A stretch of 64,000 bases of DNA from positions 1 to 64,000 of IMG/VR virus record IMGVR_UViG_3300021356_000010. One strand, given 5' to 3'. Shown in pieces: positions 38,901 to 48,472 of this stretch. Both the position numbers and the translations under genes were made by a program. How positions within the stretch are numbered: position 1 is the first letter of the stretch; every line of letters begins with the position of its first letter. Below the pieces are notes generated by a model that worked only from the letters and a program-made list of their open reading frames with translations, did not search any database and had not been told where the DNA came from. This DNA comes from a virus.

Positions 38901-41900
38901 TAAACAAATCTATTTGGTGTTACATAATTTACAGTCTTTGATCCTTGTAGGGGATCCTGTATAATCTTGAAATACTTTCCGTCAGCATTTACAATGTCAT
39001 TTCTGTCAAAGTAGAAGAAATTTGTAAAATTAGTTCCTACTTTTTCACGATACGTATTACCTGCCAATCTAGATCCAAAACCAAATTTAAGATCAGTAAA
39101 TGCTCCTGGGTTTCCTGGAAGAATTGTACTGTTGATCTTTTCTACTGTTACTAGATTGAACTTTCCACTTGGACTTACATCGAAGAAAGTTCCAGTCAGA
39201 GATGAGTGTGAAGTATCGAAAACATAACGATAATATTCCTGCAAATCAATGTTAGGATTGGGATCAAATGTTTGATTATCTTCAGAGAACTCAAACTTAT
39301 AGTCAATGCCACTAACTGATACTACAGTAACAAGTCTATTAGGATTGCTTGAATCAAAGAATGTAGTGCTAAGAGCAACTGGGTTTGCAGTGCTCTTTAT
39401 CGTTCCATAGTCAAATACAATCGTAGCAGTTTGTGTGGATGGATTATAAGATTTGATGAAACCAGTTCCAACACCAGTTTGTACCTGATAGTTATCAGTA
39501 AAGTTATATCTTCCATTATAGAGAGATACTTTCTGCCCATCAAAGTGATCTACATCTTTTGTATTTTCTCTCGCTCTAATAACAGTGAGTTCTGTACCAT
39601 TGATAGAAGAGATTTCTAGAACTTCTTCTCCTATCTGTATCAAATCTCCTTCTGCATATCCTTTTGCATCTTTGACAATAACTTTACTGGATCCTGCTGC
39701 AAATCCAACATGATCAACATATAGAGTAAATCTTGCTGTGCTTAGTGATGCTAAAGATCTTGATAGACTCTCATCATCTACAGACAAGTAATCGCCTCTC
39801 TGATAATCTTTACCAAGAGATTGGATTTGAATACTAGATACCAAACCAGCATCTGATACAGTAATAGTTGCTGTAGCACCAGATCCTGATCCACCAGTCA
39901 ATGGCACATCTTGATATTGTCCTGGTGCATAATCTGCTCCACCATTTAAAATTGTAAATTTACCAATTCCAGTAAAATCAATTGTAGTATCAAATACAGG
40001 AGTCCTAAAAACAACTTCTTGATATAATCTCTTTCTCAGATAATATGTCTTGGTTTTTGTAGTATCGTCAGGATTTATATCAACAACTACATTATCACCA
40101 ATACCCAAACCATGATTCTCATCAGTCTCAATTAATGCTACATTTTGATTTACATCAAATGGTTCTAGGTCATCACTAAGGGATGTAAGACTTACAATCT
40201 TTGTTCCTGAGGTATTAAATAAGTCACTTGATTGTAAGAAATAATCATCATCAACAATCCAAGTTCCTGTTAAAACTTTAATTCTAATGATATTTTGATT
40301 ATTAGATCCATCCAATACCTCTGCTGTTGCAATTGGTGGATTGATACCATCAGTTAGAGAAAGAGTTGCTCCCTCTGTATATGTGCTATTCTTATCTAAG
40401 AAGAGAGTAAAGGTTTTGATATCTGCAGAGAAAGTGCCAGTGTTATTGAAAGTACCGATAACATTTCTTAGGACAATTATATTGTCGTTTTGTACAGTTC
40501 CAACAATGTCACCAGAAGCTCCAGATGCTGGTTGTCTTAGAGTATCATCTGCAAACAGGTATGCATTCTGAATTGTTGTGAGTTTTACAACTTTATCTTC
40601 TTTGCTTTCTAAGTAAGTTACAGATTTGCCCTTAACAGAAGATACGGATGCTTCTGCACCAGATCCATCTGTACCTCTATTGTCAAAGTATAATTTAGAA
40701 TTGATAGAGAAATTGCTTGATGATCTATCAAGTAGAACATTATCAACTGTACCAGATTTTACTTCTGCTACTGTGGCAATGAGACCCTCGCCATTTCGTG
40801 GCATTCCTGGGAGATACAATCTCTTTGCATCTTTTGGAATATCATTTTGATTGATGCCAGAATTGTAATTACTATCTACTGGTAGAGAATAATAGTTGTC
40901 ACCTAGAACATATGGGAATTGCGGTATTTGATTGCTATTAATAGTAAGGAAATAAGCATAAGTTCCTTCTGGGAAATCTGGAGTGACGCAGAATCTTCCA
41001 TTGTTTTCGTCTAGAGAACCGCTCTTGTGAGCATAGGTATAATCATTTGTAAATGTTCCTAATGCATACTCACTGGTTGAGGGACCACCAGATCTAGTGC
41101 CATTGAGAGAATAACTAGAAGTCATTCTTACAATAGAAGAGTTAGGATCTAGTGGGTCTTCATGACCAAATGGACCATAGATTGGATTGCCATCATAAGC
41201 AAAACCAATGATTGGAGAGTGTGTCTTTACAGCTGGTTCTGATCCAGCATTGTCAATATTGTCATTGAGACTAATACGAAGAGTTTTTGGATTTCCAACG
41301 TGACCATATCCATAGTCATTAGCAGGACTATAATTCTCAAATAGATGACCGTAGTCAGTATCTAAGTTATTGGATAACTTTTGGAATCTATTAAAGTTCC
41401 ATTCTTTAAGAGAAGGAGTTCCACTAGCGTTTGATCCAACAGGAATAATATCTACAACTACAGAATCTTGATTGTAGAAGTTACCTTCTTCAATTTGGTC
41501 AAATCCAGTAATCTCTCCTGCACTATTGACAATTGCTTGATAGTTGGCAAATCTTCCTCTTCCTAGATTATCTCTGATATTGACAATTGGTGGAGATGAA
41601 TAAAACTCTCCAGGGTCGTCAATTACCAGACTAGTAACTTTTCCTCCTGTTACAACTGCTCTGACTTTTGCACCTCTTCCAGAAGTGATTGTAATTTTTG
41701 GAGTTGAGATGAATGTCTCTTCAGTAGTTACTTCAATACTATCAACTACCTGACCAGCAAGGAATGCTCTTGCTTTGTTTGGCAGATCATCGATAAGGAC
41801 AAATGGAGGTTTTGCATATCCATTACCCTGAGTATTGACATCAATTTTTTCTAATTTACCATACCTAACACTCTCAGGATCTTTATATCCGTAAATTGGA

Positions 41901-43486
41901 ACACCGTTAAGTAGAATACCTACATCACGCTTTGGTGTCTTATAGATTTCTGTAGTGCTGGTTGCTTTCTGTCTAATAATTCTTAGGATCTTCTGATCAG
42001 CAACAGTTTCTGTAGTGATAGAACCATCTAAAATTTTGTAAGACGGGAAAGAAGAACTAGTAACATAGTAATACTGCTCATCTGCAAAAATAGCAGAAAC
42101 GTCAGTAGAAACTTGATCTAATGCTGTCGCAACATATGGAATAGTTGGAGAATTGACAGCACTGCCTTGAGAGAGCACCCATCTAGTCTGATTCGATCCT
42201 GTTTGTGTAATTTTTGGATCGGTAGTCTCGAATCCTGGATTTGATACTTGAATTCGATCACCTACTGAAGAGTATGGATTTCTTGCGACTGGTGCAAGAC
42301 CATAGACTACACCAAATGTTAATAGTGTTACTCCAGACCCCTCAATGGTTACTGGTTTATATACTGAAGATCCTACTGCATGAGTGGTAGGAATGTCACC
42401 TCTTTCTTTGATGATAAACTGAGTTACATTCTTATCATCAAATTCGATAACTTCATCTCCAATCAGGAATGACCCTGTGGTCTCCCAACCAATTGTTGAA
42501 AATACATCAACTCTTTTTCCAACACCATAGGTCGAAGGAAGTTCTTTCTCTAGTCTAGTCTTAGTTGAGATCTCAAAGAGACCATTGACAGTCTCTGGAG
42601 CAACAACCAGATTCCAGATTTGTTCTCCATCACTGGTTCCCTCTGCATATACATTATCAATTATTGCAGAAGCATATCCGTATTCATCAGTTGGTTGCTG
42701 AACAATTTGCTTTCCAATAAGATTTTTTGGATCTCCTGTAACTACTTTTGCCTTGATAGCAAAAACATTATTCCAGTCAGACTTAGATGCTTTGTATGTA
42801 AAATCCTTAGGATTATAGACTTCTGGTTTATTTTCAATATCTTTGGCGACAATAGTATTGAAAATAAATTTAATAGAACTATGTGTTCCCTTTGACTTGT
42901 AGAACTTCTGAATATTCTTAATTAAAGTTCTCTTGTCAATCTCTCCTTTGAGATATTTCTCTGGAAAAGAACTTAGGTACTGACTTTCAAAATTTCTTAC
43001 AAATGCATATAAGAAAAGGTTACTAACATTGAATACAGTTTCTCCAGACTGATGAGAAGATGCCTCAGTGCTGCTAAAATTAGAAGTGCTGTATAGATCT
43101 CCAAGTGTGGTGTTACCACTTACACCTCTGGAACAATCTAAAAACTGCGTGCTTGTTCTTGAGGTATAGAAAATAATCTCATCATTGATTCTGATATAAC
43201 CATTCTTCTCTGGAAATGAACTCGCATCATTTACAGTGATTGTTGTATCTGTAGCAGAAACTGTTACAGAAAGAATATCATTCTGCTTTAGTAGTTTCTT
43301 TTCGTAGAAATCAATGTCTGTATATTTTTGGATATTGTTAATAATATCCAAAGCACCGCCTTGTACTTCCTGTGCTTCATAATACTTCTGAACGAACTTA
43401 GAGAATAGTTCATATTCAGAAGCAATGAATTCAGGGAGCTGGGACTCAATTAGAGTTGAAATTCTCTTGGTCTTAACAGCAGCCAT
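32987..43486 (-). CDS. gp7: Baseplate wedge initiator (3499 aa) with a YHYH-like domain and two phycobiliprotein-like repeats
   Basis: IS.LIESQLPEFI..EY..F..F...YYE, FYKSKGT..S.KF.F, DSFFYQDYSYVVKS......HPAGFK.FG; lies between gp6 and gp8. Confidence 0.9.
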   Translation of the reverse strand: MAAVKTKRISTLIESQLPEFIASEYELFSKFVQKYYEAQEVQGGALDIINNIQKYTDIDFYEKKLLKQNDILSVTVSATDTTITVNDASSFPEKNGYIRINDEIIFYTSRTSTQFLDCSRGVSGNTTLGDLYSTSNFSSTEASSHQSGETVFNVSNLFLYAFVRNFESQYLSSFPEKYLKGEIDKRTLIKNIQKFYKSKGTHSSIKFIFNTIVAKDIENKPEVYNPKDFTYKASKSDWNNVFAIKAKVVTGDPKNLIGKQIVQQPTDEYGYASAIIDNVYAEGTSDGEQIWNLVVAPETVNGLFEISTKTRLEKELPSTYGVGKRVDVFSTIGWETTGSFLIGDEVIEFDDKNVTQFIIKERGDIPTTHAVGSSVYKPVTIEGSGVTLLTFGVVYGLAPVARNPYSSVGDRIQVSNPGFETTDPKITQTGSNQTRWVLSQGSAVNSPTIPYVATALDQVSTDVSAIFADEQYYYVTSSSFPSYKILDGSITTETVADQKILRIIRQKATSTTEIYKTPKRDVGILLNGVPIYGYKDPESVRYGKLEKIDVNTQGNGYAKPPFVLIDDLPNKARAFLAGQVVDSIEVTTEETFISTPKITITSGRGAKVRAVVTGGKVTSLVIDDPGEFYSSPPIVNIRDNLGRGRFANYQAIVNSAGEITGFDQIEEGNFYNQDSVVVDIIPVGSNASGTPSLKEWNFNRFQKLSNNLDTDYGHLFENYSPANDYGYGHVGNPKTLRISLNDNIDNAGSEPAVKTHSPIIGFAYDGNPIYGPFGHEDPLDPNSSIVRMTSSYSLNGTRSGGPSTSEYALGTFTNDYTYAHKSGSLDENNGRFCVTPDFPEGTYAYFLTINSNQIPQFPYVLGDNYYSLPVDSNYNSGINQNDIPKDAKRLYLPGMPRNGEGLIATVAEVKSGTVDNVLLDRSSSNFSINSKLYFDNRGTDGSGAEASVSSVKGKSVTYLESKEDKVVKLTTIQNAYLFADDTLRQPASGASGDIVGTVQNDNIIVLRNVIGTFNNTGTFSADIKTFTLFLDKNSTYTEGATLSLTDGINPPIATAEVLDGSNNQNIIRIKVLTGTWIVDDDYFLQSSDLFNTSGTKIVSLTSLSDDLEPFDVNQNVALIETDENHGLGIGDNVVVDINPDDTTKTKTYYLRKRLYQEVVFRTPVFDTTIDFTGIGKFTILNGGADYAPGQYQDVPLTGGSGSGATATITVSDAGLVSSIQIQSLGKDYQRGDYLSVDDESLSRSLASLSTARFTLYVDHVGFAAGSSKVIVKDAKGYAEGDLIQIGEEVLEISSINGTELTVIRARENTKDVDHFDGQKVSLYNGRYNFTDNYQVQTGVGTGFIKSYNPSTQTATIVFDYGTIKSTANPVALSTTFFDSSNPNRLVTVVSVSGIDYKFEFSEDNQTFDPNPNIDLQEYYRYVFDTSHSSLTGTFFDVSPSGKFNLVTVEKINSTILPGNPGAFTDLKFGFGSRLAGNTYREKVGTNFTNFFYFDRNDIVNADGKYFKIIQDPLQGSKTVNYVTPNRFVYDLTSIPLWDGSGTITYTTSGQFAVGEINSINVSNLGLNYKKVPVILGCDLSSTFIAEATVLFDTATQTITGVDIDKKGSNYVNPKVVIIDGDGFDATFNVVARNGEIFSITVDNPGRGYTYAPTIQIIESDVEAYVDSNTIGTPQSINIFRNGGAYHLDKTVSSTFTTKYVISLKDFSGNFLKGEKVSQSINGIEVFRAKVAEWRSGSNLLKLDDVVGSIRNSVSIVGKISNSSGMVRTVYVTSLTEEIASFYDNIGSYQSDRGKLGVANQKLTDSFFYQDYSYVVKSKTPIDQWRDLIKSTTHPAGFKLFGQVDIESDAEIRMPAQSPKSDNFTIIQLWDPEKNKISVESTRRIVTQTVTSSKSTKEIKGVGTAHASEFNFSETRAFEVTLADPFNGVNGVDATTGYTGGAENVGQKIFQLLDDQGNPFTPVSAKNLIITLNGILQEPEVSYTVSGDKIVFSQAPLGPSSKLTGTNLTDLTSYDGTVFYGRYIEFKDNQYNNQYFKKLRNIFQRNGRWLDAANQIERNREFIVEEAVGYGREKHPNLDWSTKIDDYLEDVGFIIDAYEHDVRFGGNIKTVDYLSIFNSDDDYNYITTNKTESLDIFKYATNLAKLAVRNWDIVEENVAYIQGSRQVTVANTNNLAIGMFISSGTAFASGTKIVSIDSDTQVTLNNAALANSGGGGGAAAGVTDLNGSTGGSDYIIPTSTGAVQPGNQYAVDPGDVLQAPISFSASDSATFYFSGINNGTFWDASDLIAGNKEYFKEEIAGWFAAQYPNVTWTDLVKDIDTYVDATVYHLRLGGNFKIVDFAQLYYERNLYPYPEQLKAGVSPAEFAGAYNELKVLMVDAMRNNLGIGTYTSIPPFTDSTVATDTSFPYCAQVESSLNNFYSIINTILNEGKGLIEKTNINSNYAGNWSRTLTYSNYNIIPDPLLTAQECNDVISSVDSLFNNVSDILNGTSVTRSTPDFLDGETTTFDMYWDDDTEVNTEEDEDLFLTLNAVLQRPKYTESYPLSDAYYIDRTTIPNKLVFDVAPIWDQDFSAKSIGEPTAVELVAGVGVGNYKRLTIDYALVDEVRGGPFLILDVEDNTSQEIEQQDYLFVFLDGVLQRREYSYSVAGSTISFNVPIKKDTKIDMRYLYGRDLDQIINFHDFNQDTFYAQGTVTFDVASGATELLNWIGLNSSESFHAWQVNPNGSFNVIGQLTNPSQSSNILTFTLEGQKCDLIQGVDVVVGIKGDYSNNRIIGLNSSGSSISYVTDEDGRLKLAYPVSENAWRGTFIGKYYRDPFVSLSDEDYVRIEGESDFRRVKKAPETTTSKEHRNQGYVSGSNFGIAQVEAYNGVTRGEGLSIVAKIENGSVVSLEWNQRSYDPLTQPTAYQYYTPPVLHFIPKNGNGGGAKAVVLVSKGQVISVDLLEGGSGYTEAPRVVVARRYEILQGRGFGVSTINGGINSTLPAFIMSSSSTITELGNQVPGVESFTTILFESPRDLDRVIECEIYLEENVGTGLTAGVNSITTLSGGVGTIVTVTASTAPNEYVSIISGRVDDIISTSSLISSREVTSIVTNQIDNTDINAGHYHSVGAFLSIDLDPTDNIVFVPDVTKFSSNGYLQIGTEVVRYYRKGFGRFLNVQRGQEGTTAQLHPAGTFVLQIPDPVSVAYGGVTRIESDSQVVTMRIASDVRTTERVTGIQVITPDVTIENTSTVTVVGVEISAFVDSITSVVIPPGERVVSLEITADQTNFLSSSSTQVSNSVLSVQSNSQLRKETLEVLLFTPPSGVIDGYEESVIFSDPILTRAGFIDIPEPYTVTQRNGNIVAITNASGASTEYVGQYTTGNAGPTLKNFDQILDDGVCDVSGLSLLDIEFYYPNLTINDFVERANSSYTLAGDYFNLATASIQNPVAISDTQGLIPSTINVLGSTTYFPSEGYLFTSTGAVIQYTGTTANSFTGCTLYSGINSINRLDELIPFSIS

Positions 43487-43490
43487 TTAC

Positions 43491-45284
43491 TTACTCTTTA
43501 TATGCGGTGAAACTTGAATTCGCTACATCAACGTCCAGATAGACCTCACGGAGTGCCTGAACATCATTAGATAGTGGTTTTACTCTAACTGAGATGCGGT
43601 TGTCAAAGAAACTACCTTTGATGATAGTCAAATCATACATTTTAAGCTCACCTCTAACATAATCAATGTCTCCAACATCCTTGTTGAGAACAACTTTTTC
43701 GCCAGTTACAGTGTCTAGTCTATATAGGACAATTTTGCCATCCCTATCTTCAACATAGACATCAAAAGTAGGATATTCAGTTACCCTAAATCCTGTGCTG
43801 GAGAGAGTTGGTCCATCACATTCTTCATCAAAAGCATTCTGGAAACATATCTCATAATAGAATGTAGAATTCAACTGAGGATAGAAATCTTTCCTCATTG
43901 TCACTTCTGTTAAGTTGGAGTTGATAGTGCGATCTGCATCATCAATCACACCAACAAATTTACTGTATCTAAATTTACCGTTGAACTTTTCTGTATCAGA
44001 GTTTGTAGTATAGGTTTGCACAGATCCAATAACTTTGTCTCTAATCTGTGAAGGTGTCTGATCTGTAACGTTTCCATTATAATAGATCTTACTCGATAGT
44101 TCAACATAGAGTATAGAAGGATCTACAATAACTGGTTCTACAGAAGCAACAACATATTTCTTCAATTCATCAGTGATTTGCTTCTTCGTTAATGAAGTCA
44201 AGTAAGAAGCATCAACTGGTTTTAATACAATGAATACTTTTCCATACTCTGGTGGATCTTGATCCTCTCCACCAAATGTAATGATATCACTAACTGATGG
44301 ATATATCTTACGAACGATAGCAGCATAGTCATCAGAGGTAACTGCACGATCCTGAGTCCCATAAGTCTTTGGAGCATTGAACTTAATGCTCTTTACAGAC
44401 TCTGGCAATTCTCCACCAGAAGATGCAACACTAGAATCAATAGTTACATTAGTAACAGGAGTAAATCCAATTGTATTTTCTAATACACCAGAGAATACAA
44501 AACTCTTAACTCCGTTTGAGTCTGGTCCAGAAGTGGTTAGGTAAGACACTTCCACTCTCGCACCATTCTCTAGTGCCTTACCTAAAACTCCATCACCAAA
44601 TATCATCTCATATCTGTCATCCTCGGTTTCTTCTAAGAAGAAGATCTTCGAGTTTCCGTCAATGCCAAGAATATTTTCTGCTAACAGATAAGGTTCGTTA
44701 AACGTTCCGCCAGTTGGATAAACCTTAACTCTGATAGTATTAGCATCGATGCTTTGGTTATCAAGAATAAATCTCTGTGAAGACAGTGAAGTATCAACAG
44801 TAAAGTTACTGACAACTACAGTTCCTTCTCTAATTTCTACATCAGTAAATACTGCACGATCATTTGCTACTTGTGCTTTCGTATCTTCAACAGTAACATA
44901 CTGATAGATTGTATTGTCATAGTTGGCAATAAATCCTGTTCCTCTTTTTAGGATTAGTTCAGTATCAGTTGTTGGGTTTGAATATGTTGCAGTAAAAGAA
45001 ATTGAGGCAGCAGGAGAAGTGATACTCTTGGGTCTGTATCCTAATTGCTTCGCAATCGCTACTACGTTGTCCCTGAGGGTCGCTGAATCAATGAATAGTT
45101 CATTGACCACCATATTGGTGTTAAACGCCGTGTAGTAGGTGTTATAGGCAAGAGTATCAATCAACGTTGATAATGCCGATCCCTCAAAATCATAATCAGT
45201 GAAATCAGAATTTGCCCTGAGGTAATCCTTCAGAGCTGCTTTGATATCTTCAAAGTCTAAATTGGCAACCTGAGTATATGGCAT
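43491..45284 (-). CDS. gp6: Baseplate wedge subunit
   Basis: LDF..IK..L..YLR....FTDYDFEGS, LAYNTYY, QDRAVT..DY, PP.YGKVFI. Confidence 0.95.
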   Translation of the reverse strand: MPYTQVANLDFEDIKAALKDYLRANSDFTDYDFEGSALSTLIDTLAYNTYYTAFNTNMVVNELFIDSATLRDNVVAIAKQLGYRPKSITSPAASISFTATYSNPTTDTELILKRGTGFIANYDNTIYQYVTVEDTKAQVANDRAVFTDVEIREGTVVVSNFTVDTSLSSQRFILDNQSIDANTIRVKVYPTGGTFNEPYLLAENILGIDGNSKIFFLEETEDDRYEMIFGDGVLGKALENGARVEVSYLTTSGPDSNGVKSFVFSGVLENTIGFTPVTNVTIDSSVASSGGELPESVKSIKFNAPKTYGTQDRAVTSDDYAAIVRKIYPSVSDIITFGGEDQDPPEYGKVFIVLKPVDASYLTSLTKKQITDELKKYVVASVEPVIVDPSILYVELSSKIYYNGNVTDQTPSQIRDKVIGSVQTYTTNSDTEKFNGKFRYSKFVGVIDDADRTINSNLTEVTMRKDFYPQLNSTFYYEICFQNAFDEECDGPTLSSTGFRVTEYPTFDVYVEDRDGKIVLYRLDTVTGEKVVLNKDVGDIDYVRGELKMYDLTIIKGSFFDNRISVRVKPLSNDVQALREVYLDVDVANSSFTAYKE

Positions 45285-45676
45285 TATCGTGTGCGCTCTA
45301 GAAAGATGTCTACAGTTACTGGTGCATCATCTCGACCAACAATAGTGTAAGAAATTTCAACGTCATATCCGTTATTCAGTTGATCTGGATAAACACGGAT
45401 CGTATTAACCGTAATTCGTGGTTCATACTTCTTAAGTGTATCCGTGATTTCTGAACGAATAATACCAGCAGACGCAAAATCTAGGGGTTCGAACAATACA
45501 TTTCGTAGTCCGCACCCCAGATCTGGTTGAAATGGTCTTTCACCTTTATTTGTAAGAAGCAAATTGGAGATTGACTGCACGATAGCCGCCTTATCCTTTA
45601 CACTAACAATATCGTCAGTGACAGGATGCTTCTTAAACGTAACACTCAAATCTTTGAATGTCTGAAAGGTTGGCAT
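45284..45676 (-). CDS. gp25: Baseplate wedge / sheath initiation protein
   Basis: FKDLS..F..HPVT.D, NL.LT..GERPFQP..G, YEPRI. Confidence 0.95.
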   Translation of the reverse strand: MPTFQTFKDLSVTFKKHPVTDDIVSVKDKAAIVQSISNLLLTNKGERPFQPDLGCGLRNVLFEPLDFASAGIIRSEITDTLKKYEPRITVNTIRVYPDQLNNGYDVEISYTIVGRDDAPVTVDIFLERTR

Positions 45677-45700
45677 TTAGACACAGCAGTAGGCTGTTTC

Positions 45701-45707
45701 TATTTAT
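45701..45707 (-). promoter_or_regulatory. Late promoter ATAAATA
   Basis: Upstream of gp25. Confidence 0.65.
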
Positions 45708-45877
45708 CACTTGCCGCAGAATCCGTCCGCCCACTCCTCTTGATTGTCAAAGATTTCTCCCTCCTTGACATCTTTCATCTTCCTTGCTTTTCTCAAATAC
45801 TTTTCACTATCTACTTCAGTGATTAGAGTCATTCCCGATTCTCTAAAATCTTCACTCTTGTCCACTCTCTTGTCCAT
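45707..45877 (-). CDS. Hypothetical protein (MDKRVDK..., 56 aa)
   Basis: GGAG RBS before the ATG at 45877; internal start of the listed 78-aa ORF. Confidence 0.7.
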   Translation of the reverse strand: MDKRVDKSEDFRESGMTLITEVDSEKYLRKARKMKDVKEGEIFDNQEEWADGFCGK

Positions 45878-46541
45878 TTGTGGTCTCCGTCCGTAGTTTT
45901 CGCTCAGCATTAGTTTCCCAAAAATAATTATCAGTGTCTCCAAGGCGTCCCCAGTCGATTCCTGCCTCTACTTGGTATTCTATGGTAGAAACCTTGAAGT
46001 CAGGGAACTTGGGGTCCTCAGGGGTTATAGAGAGGTCATACAGACGCATCCTATTGTTAGGATACAATGCATACTGACCATTGTTCAATGCAATACAATT
46101 ATGAGATTTGTGCTCTTGTGGCACTTCACTTACATTATTATCTATTACATCAGGATTTGCATGATAGTTGTCTAGTGTGAATAGATACTGCCCTCTCATC
46201 AGTCCATGATCACGAGTAAAGACCTCGCAATCCATGGATGCAACAAAACCTTTGTTCATGGCAGTAACACCATAGTCCATGCAATTCCAAAATTGTAGAT
46301 TCTCCAAACTCATGTCTATGACTGGGGTTTCGGGGGATCGTACAAACGCACTAATAGGAAGTTTGTCATACATCGCACCATACTCTGGTAGGTACGTCTC
46401 AAAATAAAAAGCACGCCCAGGTATGCTCTTAGCACATACCCAGACGCCCTCTACAAACTCCCCATGACCGTCTTGATGGTCACGTAAATATTCTTTACGT
46501 ACCCAAACTTTCTCAGCAGGAAGATTGCAAATTAAATTCAT
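45852..46541 (-). CDS. Conserved cyanophage hypothetical protein (229 aa)
   Basis: NLP...VWVRKEYL.DHQ.GHGEF, GAMYDKLPISAF, EHKSHN, YPNNR motifs. Confidence 0.85.
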   Translation of the reverse strand: MNLICNLPAEKVWVRKEYLRDHQDGHGEFVEGVWVCAKSIPGRAFYFETYLPEYGAMYDKLPISAFVRSPETPVIDMSLENLQFWNCMDYGVTAMNKGFVASMDCEVFTRDHGLMRGQYLFTLDNYHANPDVIDNNVSEVPQEHKSHNCIALNNGQYALYPNNRMRLYDLSITPEDPKFPDFKVSTIEYQVEAGIDWGRLGDTDNYFWETNAERKLRTETTNGQESGQE

Positions 46542-46684
46542 CTACCTTGACCGCGATAACGCTTCTTGGCACCGTTACGACTGCTAGCAGACAACTTCGT
46601 GTGCTTTCCTTGACCTTGACGTGTTTTTTTCGGGGTGCTTTCAATGACCTTTTGACCAGAAAGACCAACTTTGCTTCGTGCCAT
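46538..46684 (-). CDS. Small basic protein MARSKVGL...KKTRQGQGKHTKLSASSRNGAKKRYRGQGR (48 aa)
   Basis: Manual translation; ATGA overlap with the next gene; below the ORF-track cut-off. Confidence 0.75.
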   Translation of the reverse strand: MARSKVGLSGQKVIESTPKKTRQGQGKHTKLSASSRNGAKKRYRGQGR

Positions 46685-46719
46685 AGTGTTTTATCAATTG
46701 ACTCTAGTATTATAGCATA

Positions 46720-47136
46720 TTATGCTGCTGGTGGTGGGGTAGCAGGTGGTTCTGGTTCTGGAAAAGAAACCTCACCATCAGAGATTACACCAACCACTGG
46801 TGTTGCATCACCCATGAAGACCGTATGCGACCCTGTAAGGAGCAGAGACCCCACTCCAATGCCTGGAGGTAGTGCAACTATCTCACTCTCGATTTGCATC
46901 GCTGCAGGGGCACCATTGATCCATACAGTAGGATGTCCTGATATGATTACATCAGCATGTAATGGTGGTGGAGGAATCATAGGAACAGTATGCTCCACAA
47001 ATGTATTCCCACCATGATGTGCTGCTAATCCATTAATAATCACATTTGCAGAAACGCCCGCTGGTGCTGGTTTCGGCACAGGAACTGGATGTATATCATG
47101 GTTGCAATAAGCACCAAGCAATCCAATTGGTTTCAT
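46720..47136 (-). CDS. PAAR-type spike tip protein (gp5.4-like) with Pro-rich tail
   Basis: NV.INGL.A.H.G.....H, H...I.SG..TV.ING.PAA, GS.TVF.GD. Confidence 0.8.
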   Translation of the reverse strand: MKPIGLLGAYCNHDIHPVPVPKPAPAGVSANVIINGLAAHHGGNTFVEHTVPMIPPPPLHADVIISGHPTVWINGAPAAMQIESEIVALPPGIGVGSLLLTGSHTVFMGDATPVVGVISDGEVSFPEPEPPATPPPAA

Positions 47137-48242
47137 GCGTCTGGTTGGTTGATTGCTGCTCTATTTAGAAGGTACTGTATTCTCTCAGCAGGGATTTCTC
47201 CGTTATATCTCACTGGAAGATAGAAATACCAAATATTGTTCGATAAATTAGAACCAAGGGTCTCTAACGCGATTTGTGCATAGTCTGCTAATCCTGTTGC
47301 AACATCATCAGGGAATGGTTCATCAGGTACAACAACAGTTACTGCAGATACTTTGATCGTAAATACAACAGTGTCTAATTCACTCGTCTTAAATTCTTGG
47401 AATGTGCCAATTTGTGGTTTTCCCTCATCATTGAACTTTGTTAGGTTATCCCAATTCTCATTACCCCAAAGTCGCGCTTCAGTTATGTCGGAACTCATTG
47501 CCCATTGTTGATATGCACTGCTCGGCGTTAGGTGCGTTAAATTACCTGGATACCCTCCATTCTCTTCAATCTCAAACGGCGTCCCCGCTTCTGGTAACTC
47601 TGCAGGACTCTGTGTCCATATACCATCACCCCTTACTCTAGTAACCTCGGTGTACTCATAGTCACCCCCTGCTAACCCTGGCATGTTATACTGAGGTGCT
47701 TTGATATACGTCATCTCCTGATCATAAAAAGCATACTCGGTGATCCTCCCACTGATGGCAGAAATACCTACATATCCCAGAAACAAAACTGGTGGTACAA
47801 CATTCTGAGTAACCACAATGCCTGGGTCGATATTGACGCCTACAAGACCTCCTCCCCATCCCCATGCCTCGCTTTGGATCTGATCATCATAATATGTCTG
47901 CTCCCACTCTGGAAGACCCTCCTCAGGGTCTCTAGGCCATAAATCAATCCTCTCTATAGTAGTCACCGTAGAGACTACCCTCTCATCCTCAAAGACTGGA
48001 ATCATCCAAATCTGAGTACTCTCGATCTCCTCCCACGTAAGCCACGGTGGAGTCTGAGAAATTAATCCAAGTTGGAGCGTACCATCGATAATTGTCTGCG
48101 AGTCCTTTGGATAAAATCTCCCAGCATAAAATGGTACTCCATTCTTTTCTGTGAGCTCATTGAGTTTCGGTAAGTCCGCTAACTCGATGGGTCCTATACC
48201 GCCCATTGACGGTGCTAAGAAATTTATCCAGGGTACTGCCAT
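47133..48242 (-). CDS. Hypothetical protein (369 aa), probably virion-associated
   Basis: Long ORF coupled to the PAAR gene (ATGA overlap). Confidence 0.75.
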   Translation of the reverse strand: MAVPWINFLAPSMGGIGPIELADLPKLNELTEKNGVPFYAGRFYPKDSQTIIDGTLQLGLISQTPPWLTWEEIESTQIWMIPVFEDERVVSTVTTIERIDLWPRDPEEGLPEWEQTYYDDQIQSEAWGWGGGLVGVNIDPGIVVTQNVVPPVLFLGYVGISAISGRITEYAFYDQEMTYIKAPQYNMPGLAGGDYEYTEVTRVRGDGIWTQSPAELPEAGTPFEIEENGGYPGNLTHLTPSSAYQQWAMSSDITEARLWGNENWDNLTKFNDEGKPQIGTFQEFKTSELDTVVFTIKVSAVTVVVPDEPFPDDVATGLADYAQIALETLGSNLSNNIWYFYLPVRYNGEIPAERIQYLLNRAAINQPDA

Positions 48243-48472
48243 TAGACCGCTTGTGAAACTTTTACTAGATCTTTCTTAATTCCCTCTACATTATTGTGCA
48301 GATAATCTAAAGTGTCTGACAGTGTTTCGTAGTCTTTCCCTGTGGGGCGTCTATACGCGATCGTCGGTCTCTCCAAGTTCCCCACCCTCTGCTCCAGGCT
48401 CTCCAATCTCTGCAACAGCACTAGGAGTTTCTCCTCCAAGTTTTTCTGTAGCTGCTCTGACGACTTTTCCAT
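48242..48472 (-). CDS. Small coiled-coil protein
   Basis: AGGAG RBS upstream; coiled coil then LERP...YRRP....YE.L..TLDYLH. Confidence 0.7.
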   Translation of the reverse strand: MEKSSEQLQKNLEEKLLVLLQRLESLEQRVGNLERPTIAYRRPTGKDYETLSDTLDYLHNNVEGIKKDLVKVSQAV

